DNA of 18,486 nt from Promethearchaeota archaeon (lineage in GTDB: Archaea > Asgardarchaeota > Lokiarchaeia > Sigyniarchaeales > SOKP01). Where the stretch lies: the NCBI GenBank assembly GCA_048939015.1, contig JBHLPW010000008.1, forward strand, positions 1 through 18,486. Reading direction: 5' to 3'. A program made the translations under genes and the position numbers. Position 1 is the stretch's first letter. Each line of letters begins with the position of its first letter. Positions 8,367-17,196 of this stretch are shown piece after piece. The notes beneath the pieces are model-generated. The model was not told the origin of the DNA. It worked only from the letters and a program-made list of their open reading frames with translations, and made no database searches.

Positions 8367-8975
8367 ATGAGTTTATTTCAAATTTTAGCAGTTTGTGGTA
8401 TGCTTAGTCCAATCATTTATACCGCTATGTGGATAATATGTGGGCATTTAGATTCGAAGTATAATCATATTAGAGATGACATTAGTTCGTTGTTTGCAGT
8501 AGGTGCACCTAACAGACGCCTAGCTCAATCATTTGTAATTATAGAAAGCGTGTTATTGTTTGCATTTTTCATAGGATTACATCCTGGGATAAATGATGGG
8601 GGTGGTTCAATACTTGGACCTATATTTCTTCTAATAAGTTCAATTTTTGGAATACTTGTCGCTCTGTTTTTCCCTCTTGATGAAGGAGGTGAATTCATAA
8701 CTTATAAGGGAAAAGGACATATAGCATTTGTGGTTTTAATGGGTATATTTGCAATTGCTGGGATGGTAGCGCTGTGGATTCGTTTACAATTTGTTCCAGG
8801 TTGGAGTGATTTTGCTCTGTATTCGCTCATTTCAGCTATATTCTCATTAATTGGTGTGGTGATCTCGAGCATTTTTGCAGCAGGGAAATATAGGGGTATT
8901 ATTGAAAGAATTATGGTTACACCCTTTCAACTCTTCTACTTTGTTCTAGCTATGATGGTTTTTTTGAATAATTAA
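8367..8975 (+). CDS. DUF998 family membrane protein
   Basis: 'YNHIRDDISSL.AVGAP', 'FPLD', conserved His (KGHI) and 'GIIERI' are DUF998-like motifs. The real start is probably ATG 8367; the 78-codon extension from 8133 overlaps the divergent gene and is low-complexity. Confidence 0.85.
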   Translation: MSLFQILAVCGMLSPIIYTAMWIICGHLDSKYNHIRDDISSLFAVGAPNRRLAQSFVIIESVLLFAFFIGLHPGINDGGGSILGPIFLLISSIFGILVALFFPLDEGGEFITYKGKGHIAFVVLMGIFAIAGMVALWIRLQFVPGWSDFALYSLISAIFSLIGVVISSIFAAGKYRGIIERIMVTPFQLFYFVLAMMVFLNN

Positions 8976-9252
8976 TTAATTTCCACTTTTTTCAATAGCA
9001 AAATAATGTTTTAACTATCACGATAAATCAAAATTTTGACGAATGGATACAGTCTTTATATTTTCCTCATAGAGATCTTGATAAATTGTTTTATGGTTTG
9101 AAAAAGGAAATATTAACATTAAGAGACCTTCTAATTAAATAGAATACTTATTTTTAAATACGCTTACCACCATTATTTGAATTAATAAATTTTTAATGAG
9201 TATAGGAAATTTATCGAAATAATTTAAAAATATAAGGAAATGGGGATACAGA

Positions 9253-12200
9253 ATGATTAAGAAAAAAACAAAACTAAACCGATTCTTAATTTTATGCACA
9301 ATTTCAATATTAATTCTTATTGTTAATAATATTTTTACGAGTCAATCCAACCTAGGTTTAATAGAGGGGAGTAATAAGTTAAAAGATGAAAATTTGACTA
9401 AAAAATCATTACAACCACTGATAAGTCAACTTCCTGAAGATGTGGGAGGATATAACTCGTTAAATATTGCTAATTTTAAAACTCTAGAGAACGCATCAAG
9501 CACTATTTATAAAAGAGATTTTTTAGCAAATGAAAGTAATTATTTCAACATCACTACACCACAAGCTTGGAATGCTTCATCTATGCAGTTTACTGTTGAT
9601 CCTTATTCTAAAAAACAAATCATTCAAGATCCCAATTTTCAATCAGAATATGAAGGTGGACCTCAATATTGGGATGAAGAAAAAGTAGATAGTGGATTCG
9701 GATATTTTAGTCAATATAGTTTAGAAAGTTATCCTTATGGAATAACACATATATATAATTTAAAAGAAAGAGATTATCCAGGATTTTATCAAGGTGACCA
9801 TGCTTATTGGACGCAGGAATGTATCGATTTAAATCCTGAAGATAAGGATATTAAAAAAGGGAAAATAATACAAGAAAAAGATGAACAAGTTAGAGATTTC
9901 GATAATTTCGAAACTGATCCATCCTTTTATAAGGATTTAGATACCCCTTATGGTGGTGAATATGATCCGATCTGGGATGTGGTTGATCTCTATTACGATG
10001 AATCGATAACAAGCCTTAGCGTATTGATAGAGCCTAGTCGTACCTCACTAGGTGGTAATCCTTCAGCAGCTTGGTGGTATTACATTATTGCTCCATATGA
10101 AATTGATTATGCTCAGATAAAAATAACTTGGAATATTGACGAAGCTTCTTCTTTTGAGGCAGAAGATGAATATGAAGTAATTGCACGAATTAATAATAAA
10201 TATATTGATGGAAGGAATCCTATTGCTGAGAGTGGAGAAGATATACCATTTAATGGTTCCAGTACAGCTTTAATGGTATATGATAATCCAGAAGTTTCTG
10301 GGCATATCCGTCATGGCACAGTATCAAGAACATATAATATAACAGACTTAATTGATGGGCTAATAGGAATAAATAAGTTTGATTTTGGTGTGTGGGCTAA
10401 AAATCCTAGTCATTTAGGGGATGAAGATTTAATTCTTGCAAATTTTGAATCAATAGAGATTATGTTTAATACAACAACTAAATATGAGGTTGCTAGTCTA
10501 GGTTATAGATATAAATTAATTGATGCTGATGCATCTGGTAGTAATCCATTTTTATTAAGTAATGATGCATCTCTCTTTTTATATCTAAGAGATATGGATA
10601 CAGACCAAGAAGAGTTAATTAGAGTTCTTCCATTCTCAATTACAACGATAAGCTACAAAGATTTTAGTGATAGTCCGTGGATTAACATGAATTTTAGTAT
10701 TTCTGATAAGTACCAAGAGTTTTTAAAAGCTGACAGATTAGAGTTTAAAATTGGAGTATATTTTGAAAATGATTTCTATGATAGGAGTAATTACTATCAT
10801 TTTATTGACAATGTTACATTCAGAATAAACTACGACCAATCTGTAACAAATCCCCAATTAAGAATAAGAGTAGATAACTCTCCTACATGGGAAAATGTGA
10901 CAAATAGCATATATACAATAAATACCTCTAATTGGTTGAGTGGAGACCCTCACAGTTTTCAATTCACCACATTTAATCTAAGTTATCAAAATAGATTATA
11001 TCTTAATGTAAAATCAGATTTAGAGCTTAATTATATCAATGATATTTCAAATGGAGCTAAAGCAAGCTATTATATACGAGGAGCAAATTCTTCAAAAGGA
11101 ATGTGGAACGTTACCTATGATAATACGATTTCATATACTTATCTTTTATTGGAGAATTTCAGTCCATCTTTTAATTTATCATCTTATTCTATATCATTTT
11201 TAGACATGCCAGCTTTCGATTTTAAAGGTTCTAATAGTTCTAATTGGGAAATTTTAAACGCAATTTCACCTGACTTAGAGGATTTTTCTTCTAATTTAGT
11301 TAGGTACAATTATTCAGAATTTTCTAATAATCAGAGTGCTTTAATTTCAGGAGCTTATAGATTAGGAAATTGGTCAGTTCAAGGAACTCAACCAAATTAT
11401 ATAACTGACTTTGTTCTCAATGCATCAGACACTTATTTAGGACTACCCCAGTACTACACAGATGAGATTGTACAATACAATTTTTCTGTTTTAGAATCCA
11501 CTAATGGCTACTATTCTATTGCGTTATACAATAGTACTGGGGCTCTTATGAGTGAATTTCCACAACATTTTGCATCTAGTGGATCGACCGTTATAGGAAC
11601 AATAGATCTTGCTGAAAAGTATGGTGTTGGTCAATATTACCTTTATGTTAAATGGAATGATACTACTTCTTTTCCTGGAAGAGTATTAAGGTTAGGTTCA
11701 ACCATTCAAAGTTTTGTTATTTTTAATAATTCTTATGCTCAATTTACCAAATTAACTTCTCAAGTTGATTCTGGACTAACTGCGGAATTCGCTCTTAACT
11801 ATACTACCTATAAAGGTTGGGGTATTCCGGATGCCACCATTTTAGTGTTGGAAAACTCAACAGGAAATTTAAAATTTTGGGGAGTAGCTTGGTCAGGTGC
11901 TTATCAAGTTGGAGAGATCACCTATAAAGGAAATGGGAATTATTCTATTCCACTTAAAACAACTTTGACCCCTAATGGAACTTACTCCTTGTTTTTTTAC
12001 GTTTCAAAATTTCCAAATAAACCCCAAGTTCTTACTACTTCATTAAAGGTAATTGCTGTGAATACATTCGACTTCAACATCACTGAAGGTGCCTACTTAA
12101 ACAATTCTGAGTGGATTATTAATTCTGATAATGTCCCTTACGTGAATGATACTATAAATAGTGTTATTAGAATTAACTTAACAGATTCTGGAATCCCAAT

Positions 12201-15036
12201 TACAGGAGGCTCAGTTATAGGTCATATCGGAGAATCAGAGAGCTTTTTTGAAGCTCAAGAAATTGGGTATGGATTATATGATTTAACTCTTGACACTACA
12301 GGCTTTAATGCAACACAAAAAATTGATAATAAATATATTGAAAATAAAACACTGGAAATCCGATGTAGTGCAGGTGGATACAATCTTCTCCAAGAATATG
12401 TTACGATTTTTATAGATAAAATACCAACAACTATCACACTCCAAAATATTGAAAATGTATATGAAGAAGGAATTATTACGGCAAGTTCTATAATGGAAAA
12501 TCATATAGATTCATCAAATCCCCAACCCAATAATCATGGGAGTTTAAAATATTATATCTTTAATGAGACTTCTGAAAAATTAAACGGATCTTTAGATTTT
12601 CTTCTAAATGGTGTATATCAAAAAGATATCTCTTTATCAGGCCTTTCAGCAGGAGAATATAGCATATATATTAATGGAACTGCTTTTAATTGCGAAAATA
12701 GTAAAAGCAATGTTATTAATTTTACAATATTAGCACAATTTACTACAAATCTAGAAATAAATGTTCCAGAAACATTAAGAATATCAAAGGAATTCCAAAT
12801 TAAAACAACATTAAGTTATGCTATAAATGGTACACCGATTCAAGGTCAGACTATCTATCTAAACATCTCAATTGGCCAAGAGGAAAGTTTCCTTGTAACT
12901 ACTACTACGGATTCTCTAGGAATTAGTACTTATAATTATATAATCTCCTCACAATTTAAAGACCTGAACATTACTATTGAAGCTATTTATCAAGGTCAAC
13001 AAAAAATAGCTGCTTCACATAATAGTATTACTAAGACAATTTATGGCAAATTACCTATTCAAATGGAAATATATGATTTTCCAAGTGTTATAAGAGTAGG
13101 TTACTCTGCAACATACGGTTTAAGAATAAATATAAGTGATAGTGGAGAAACTCTCCAAAACAAAGTGATTCTTTTTTCAGCTTATTATAATGAAGATTTT
13201 ACTAGCCCCATTATCACCTTTTTACTTTATACGGACGTTGTCGGTCAATGTGAGTACACAATAACAGAAATAGAGGATAAAAATGATAATATCACTGTTT
13301 ATTTTGAATACCTTGGTTCAACCACTCTATCATATAATATAACATCAAGGATGGATATAATCGTACCAAAATGGAGTTCAAATTTTACTGTTCACCCCTT
13401 ACCAAGTATAATCCGTCATGGCCAAACTATCGAATTCGATATGTCATTTTCATGTGAAAATACTTCTATTACCTTACAGGATCTACCTGTTCATTTTATT
13501 TTTAATTATGAAGGAACAACAGAGATCTATACAACAATAATATCAATAAATAATACTTTGGTTTATTTATATCAAGTTGCTGATTCATTTAATGGTAACT
13601 TAAACTGTTCTATTATTTTCGAAGGTACTAACAGAATAGCAGGGGTTTCACTAAATTTCAGTTTAGTTATTAACCCAAAATCAATAGTTCAGCTTTCATT
13701 TATAGATACTATACTAACTCAATACATGCAAGGCTCTCACTCCTTTCATATATCAGTTGAAAATGAATTGGGAGAACTGTTAGATGGATTATTAATACGA
13801 TTTCAAATTATAAATAATAACGGAGAAGAAATCTCTAACTATACTGCTATCTGTGAAAACGGAATTGCTGTAGGATCCTTAGATCTGCCATTAGGTAATA
13901 ATTATAGGATTCGAGTCCAATTTCTTGCTGAAAGTTACTATGAAGGAGCAATTATAACTTCAGAGAGAATACGTGTAGTAAATGAATTGATTATTTTTTT
14001 AGATTATTTGCCATACATATTATTAGCTTTAGGTATTACAGCTGCTACTTTATTTACCGTATATCGGGCTGTCATTGTCCCTAGAAGACGAAGGAGAATT
14101 GAATCTTTAAAATTGCTTTATCAAAAGCTATCTGATGTAGAAAATCTTCAGTACTTAATCGTTTTGACTAAAGATGGGGGTGTACCTTGTTATAGTAAAA
14201 GCCTAGCAGATGTCCCAATTGATGAAACTCTTGTTTCTGGATTTTTAAGTGCCATATCTACTTTTGGTACAGAGATAGGAAAAAAAATTCAGGAAGGAGA
14301 AGGAGGTTTGGAAGAATTATCATACCGACAATTTAAAATTATAATCAATGAAGGAAAATTTATAAGAGTCGCACTACTTCTTTTAAAACGTCCTAGTGAG
14401 TCTTTGAAAGTAAAGTTAAGAAATTTTAATAAAATGTTCGAAGAAGTATACGAGAGTGAACTAAAAAGTTTCTCCGGACAAGTTTTTGATGATATTGCTG
14501 TTACTAAATTGATTGAAGATGTTTTTGAGGCTGATCTTTTATATCCTCATCAGGTTATTGAAACTAAAGTAGATGGCTATATGAAATCTTCTACATCAAA
14601 CAATATTGATAAAAAAATTATAATTATTGCACGAGGAGAAGAGTTTGAATCTAATTTTTACTTAAGAGATATAATAAATCATCTTAAAACAAAAGGGATT
14701 GAAGAAATCAAATCTTTTGATAGCATACAGAAAATGAAACAGGATAAAATTGTATTTGCTATTAACCCAAGAACTAATTACCTCATTGAAGATTTTAAAA
14801 GGTATATAAAACACATGAACTCTAATGATAGAAATGTCCTATTTGCAATTTTCGATGGTAATAATGATATTTTGAGTATCAGAAAGTATATGAAAAAAGC
14901 TAATATGTATGTACCCACAGATATTCATCAAATTGTTGAGAAATTGAGAAGATTACATTTGATAGATGAGGTAAATCGGATTAATGAACAAGGTAGTGCA
15001 ATTGCTACACTGTTAAAATTAATACCAGATTTATAA
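9253..15036 (+). CDS. Giant single-pass cell-surface protein: signal/anchor, beta-rich jelly-roll and Ig-like ectodomain, TM helix, cytoplasmic longin-like domain and two winged-helix-like domains
   Basis: N-terminal KKKTK + hydrophobic stretch; many N-x-S/T sequons in the first ~1570 aa; ~100-aa repeats with TDxxG and Y/F-x-G motifs; TM at ~aa 1586-1609 followed by RRRRR; then LQYLIVLTKDGGVPCYSKSL...DETLVSGFLSAISTFGTEI...LEELSYRQFKIIINEGKFIRVALLL, the typical Asgard longin pattern. Confidence 0.85.
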   Translation: MIKKKTKLNRFLILCTISILILIVNNIFTSQSNLGLIEGSNKLKDENLTKKSLQPLISQLPEDVGGYNSLNIANFKTLENASSTIYKRDFLANESNYFNITTPQAWNASSMQFTVDPYSKKQIIQDPNFQSEYEGGPQYWDEEKVDSGFGYFSQYSLESYPYGITHIYNLKERDYPGFYQGDHAYWTQECIDLNPEDKDIKKGKIIQEKDEQVRDFDNFETDPSFYKDLDTPYGGEYDPIWDVVDLYYDESITSLSVLIEPSRTSLGGNPSAAWWYYIIAPYEIDYAQIKITWNIDEASSFEAEDEYEVIARINNKYIDGRNPIAESGEDIPFNGSSTALMVYDNPEVSGHIRHGTVSRTYNITDLIDGLIGINKFDFGVWAKNPSHLGDEDLILANFESIEIMFNTTTKYEVASLGYRYKLIDADASGSNPFLLSNDASLFLYLRDMDTDQEELIRVLPFSITTISYKDFSDSPWINMNFSISDKYQEFLKADRLEFKIGVYFENDFYDRSNYYHFIDNVTFRINYDQSVTNPQLRIRVDNSPTWENVTNSIYTINTSNWLSGDPHSFQFTTFNLSYQNRLYLNVKSDLELNYINDISNGAKASYYIRGANSSKGMWNVTYDNTISYTYLLLENFSPSFNLSSYSISFLDMPAFDFKGSNSSNWEILNAISPDLEDFSSNLVRYNYSEFSNNQSALISGAYRLGNWSVQGTQPNYITDFVLNASDTYLGLPQYYTDEIVQYNFSVLESTNGYYSIALYNSTGALMSEFPQHFASSGSTVIGTIDLAEKYGVGQYYLYVKWNDTTSFPGRVLRLGSTIQSFVIFNNSYAQFTKLTSQVDSGLTAEFALNYTTYKGWGIPDATILVLENSTGNLKFWGVAWSGAYQVGEITYKGNGNYSIPLKTTLTPNGTYSLFFYVSKFPNKPQVLTTSLKVIAVNTFDFNITEGAYLNNSEWIINSDNVPYVNDTINSVIRINLTDSGIPITGGSVIGHIGESESFFEAQEIGYGLYDLTLDTTGFNATQKIDNKYIENKTLEIRCSAGGYNLLQEYVTIFIDKIPTTITLQNIENVYEEGIITASSIMENHIDSSNPQPNNHGSLKYYIFNETSEKLNGSLDFLLNGVYQKDISLSGLSAGEYSIYINGTAFNCENSKSNVINFTILAQFTTNLEINVPETLRISKEFQIKTTLSYAINGTPIQGQTIYLNISIGQEESFLVTTTTDSLGISTYNYIISSQFKDLNITIEAIYQGQQKIAASHNSITKTIYGKLPIQMEIYDFPSVIRVGYSATYGLRINISDSGETLQNKVILFSAYYNEDFTSPIITFLLYTDVVGQCEYTITEIEDKNDNITVYFEYLGSTTLSYNITSRMDIIVPKWSSNFTVHPLPSIIRHGQTIEFDMSFSCENTSITLQDLPVHFIFNYEGTTEIYTTIISINNTLVYLYQVADSFNGNLNCSIIFEGTNRIAGVSLNFSLVINPKSIVQLSFIDTILTQYMQGSHSFHISVENELGELLDGLLIRFQIINNNGEEISNYTAICENGIAVGSLDLPLGNNYRIRVQFLAESYYEGAIITSERIRVVNELIIFLDYLPYILLALGITAATLFTVYRAVIVPRRRRRIESLKLLYQKLSDVENLQYLIVLTKDGGVPCYSKSLADVPIDETLVSGFLSAISTFGTEIGKKIQEGEGGLEELSYRQFKIIINEGKFIRVALLLLKRPSESLKVKLRNFNKMFEEVYESELKSFSGQVFDDIAVTKLIEDVFEADLLYPHQVIETKVDGYMKSSTSNNIDKKIIIIARGEEFESNFYLRDIINHLKTKGIEEIKSFDSIQKMKQDKIVFAINPRTNYLIEDFKRYIKHMNSNDRNVLFAIFDGNNDILSIRKYMKKANMYVPTDIHQIVEKLRRLHLIDEVNRINEQGSAIATLLKLIPDL

Positions 15037-15059
15037 TTTTTATTTAGATAAACAAAATT

Positions 15060-15293
15060 CTATTCTTTTTTCAATTTTTTATATAATTTAACAACTTGAG
15101 TACATCCAGTATTACTGCCATCTTCTGTATTTGCGAAACATCTTCTCTCGGGACTTTTAGTGAATTTTGCACAACCCCAGCACCACATTTTATTAAAAGA
15201 AATTGATTTTTTCTTATTTATGGCACGAACTTGTTCACATAATTCTAAAGCTTCATCAAATTCTAATCTAAATTTGCCCATATTCTTTATCAC
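15060..15293 (-). CDS. Small Cys-rich hypothetical protein (C-x18-C-x2-C-x10-C-x11-C), possible metal/Fe-S binding
   Basis: 77 aa from GTG 15293 (or 73 aa from ATG 15281), 13 nt downstream of the membrane protein gene on the same strand, convergent with the giant gene without overlap. Confidence 0.75.
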   Translation of the reverse strand: MIKNMGKFRLEFDEALELCEQVRAINKKKSISFNKMWCWGCAKFTKSPERRCFANTEDGSNTGCTQVVKLYKKLKKE

Positions 15294-15306
15294 TTTTTAC
15301 TCTATT

Positions 15307-15972
15307 TTATTCCATTATTAACTTTTTCCTTTGAATTCCTTTTTCCCGTAAGTAATTAGCTATATACCAACCGAGAAAGCCGCCCATAACTCCCTGAATA
15401 ATTGAATATGGTATCATAAAATATCCGTGTGTGAGAAAATCATCAACTCCTGGGACTGATAAGCCTTTTTTATAGAAAGTTGCACCCGCTAAAATACTTA
15501 ATAAGATGATGCTAATTGAAGAGATTAAAGAGGATACTAGAATTGCTTTTCTTTCATTTCTAGCAGGTTTAAGTAACCATAGTGAAAGATCGATAGACAA
15601 TCCATAACCAACATAGATTAAAGCCCAATATAAAGCACCAAAAGGAGACTTTAAAGTATTCTCAATCTGCCATTCTATTATCAATTCAATAGGAATTCCT
15701 ATGAGCCCATTTATTCCAAAAAGAAAAGTAGCTGTACCTTTTGTCTTCAAGTTAACTACAAAGAAATAGGTTACCATCATTAGAAAAATCAATACAAAAT
15801 AAATGTAAATATAACCAATATCTAACCATACTATGTCAAAAAATACAGTAAAAATACCTGTTAAGACAGCTATAAGCATGAAACCGATTATATTCAATCC
15901 AAAGGATCGTTTAGTCCAAGGCTTATACCAACCTAAATTTTGACTTTGATTCAAAATAATTAATTCTTTCAA
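15307..15972 (-). CDS. Integral membrane protein resembling an ECF transporter substrate-specific (S) component
   Basis: About 6 TM helices, 'LKTKGTATFLFGINGLI' and C-terminal 'GVMGGFLGWYIANYLREKGI', both similar to S-component patterns. Start likely TTG 15972 (GGAGGT 7 nt upstream) or ATG 15987; the extension to 16212 is considered spurious. Confidence 0.6.
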   Translation of the reverse strand: MKELIILNQSQNLGWYKPWTKRSFGLNIIGFMLIAVLTGIFTVFFDIVWLDIGYIYIYFVLIFLMMVTYFFVVNLKTKGTATFLFGINGLIGIPIELIIEWQIENTLKSPFGALYWALIYVGYGLSIDLSLWLLKPARNERKAILVSSLISSISIILLSILAGATFYKKGLSVPGVDDFLTHGYFMIPYSIIQGVMGGFLGWYIANYLREKGIQRKKLIME

Positions 15973-16056
15973 CTTTTTTACCTCCATTAATTTTTTTTTA
16001 AGTTTGTATGAAAAACAGGATAAAATTTCACAGTTTTTCTTACGTATTGCGAGAAA

Positions 16057-16135
16057 TTTGAAATATTTAAAGTCTGTGGCGATTTCAAACCGAAAAATGG
16101 GACATAAGTTTTGAAAAAAATGTACAGTTTCAAAA
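16057..16135. promoter_or_regulatory. Candidate operator palindromes in the divergent promoter region
   Basis: TTTGAAAT-N17-ATTTCAAA (16057-16089) and TTTTGAAA-N11-TTTCAAAA (16109-16135) share the TTTGAAA half-site, directly upstream of a regulator gene. Confidence 0.35.
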
Positions 16136-16150
16136 AAATAATTAAGGAAA

Positions 16151-17089
16151 ATGGACAATAATTTAGTAATACTAAAAAATGAGAACAACCTGAAAATGGA
16201 CGATAAAGACATCGAAATTCTAAAGATGCTGCTCTTTGATGGAAGAATGACTTATGAATCAATTGCGAAGAAATTTAAATTAAGTCCCTACTTAGTCAAA
16301 AAGAGGATTAATAACCTTGTAGATCTGGGAGTAATAATGAAATTTACAACAAATTTAAATTTTTTAATGTTTCAAAAATCAGTATGTTATACACTTGCTG
16401 ATATAAAGCAAGGTGTTGATCAGCAAGAACTAATTGAACGCATTGGAAAGTTGGATGAGGTTACCGGAGGGGCGATCTCTCTCCAAAATAAGATGCAAAT
16501 TATACATACATATTCTGATGATTATGAATTCAAAGAAAACCTTGAAAAATTGATGCAATTCGAAGAAATTGAAAGCATTGAAAATTTTATTTTGCTTATT
16601 CCTCCCTCTTTAGGCTTTAAAAATGAAAAGTTAACCAAAACTGATTGGAAAATAATTAATGTTATTAAAGATGACTGTAGAAAGACCGATATAGAGATCG
16701 CTGATGAAATAGGAGTCTCAACTAAAACAGTTACAAGAAGATTAAAGTATCTAAGGGAAAATAATATAATTCTTTTCATGATTGACCTTGATACAAGTGC
16801 TGCTGATTTCCTATCGTACCTCTTAATAGTAAAATTTCAAAAGATTGCGTCTGATTCTTTTAATGAAGTGATAAAAGTAGTAAAAAATTATTTTTATGTT
16901 TGGAGAGTTGCTAACGAAGAAGCTTTCATCTTTACCATTTTCATTGATAAATTAAGAGAAATTGATGAACAAGTCAAAGAAATTGAAAAAATTCCATATG
17001 TTAAAGAAGTAATCAGTTTTGTACCAACAAAAATGTTCTATTTTGAGAATTGGTTGGATAAATTAATTAAAAGAAATGCAGTCGACTAA
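16151..17089 (+). CDS. Tandem (double) Lrp/AsnC-family transcriptional regulator
   Basis: Two HTH units, MDDKDIEILKMLLFDGRMTYESIAKKFKLSPYLVKKRINNLVDLGVI and LTKTDWKIINVIKDDCRKTDIEIADEIGVSTKTVTRRLKYLRENNII, each followed by a RAM-like alpha/beta domain. Alternative start ATG 16196. Confidence 0.88.
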   Translation: MDNNLVILKNENNLKMDDKDIEILKMLLFDGRMTYESIAKKFKLSPYLVKKRINNLVDLGVIMKFTTNLNFLMFQKSVCYTLADIKQGVDQQELIERIGKLDEVTGGAISLQNKMQIIHTYSDDYEFKENLEKLMQFEEIESIENFILLIPPSLGFKNEKLTKTDWKIINVIKDDCRKTDIEIADEIGVSTKTVTRRLKYLRENNIILFMIDLDTSAADFLSYLLIVKFQKIASDSFNEVIKVVKNYFYVWRVANEEAFIFTIFIDKLREIDEQVKEIEKIPYVKEVISFVPTKMFYFENWLDKLIKRNAVD

Positions 17090-17196
17090 GTGTAATTTTG
17101 TATCTCGAAATATTTTTCAGAGTCCATAATGTATAAATGAAGTCGATAATTAATATAAGCGACAATATATATTGGGAAATTTGGGTGTTTAAATAA

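Noticed and set aside
12255-12504. Two short minus-strand ORFs inside the giant gene
   Set aside because: Antisense shadows with no independent support.
15987-16779. Minus-strand ORFs 15987-16262 and 16522-16779, and the extension of 15307 up to 16212
   Set aside because: They overlap the Lrp gene and the divergent promoter region; an RBS supports the shorter start near 15972.
17136-17166. ATGAAGTCG-N14-CGAC upstream of the FrhB-like gene, as SECIS or operator
   Set aside because: Only a 4-bp arm and no 3' GA; not distinguishable from chance.
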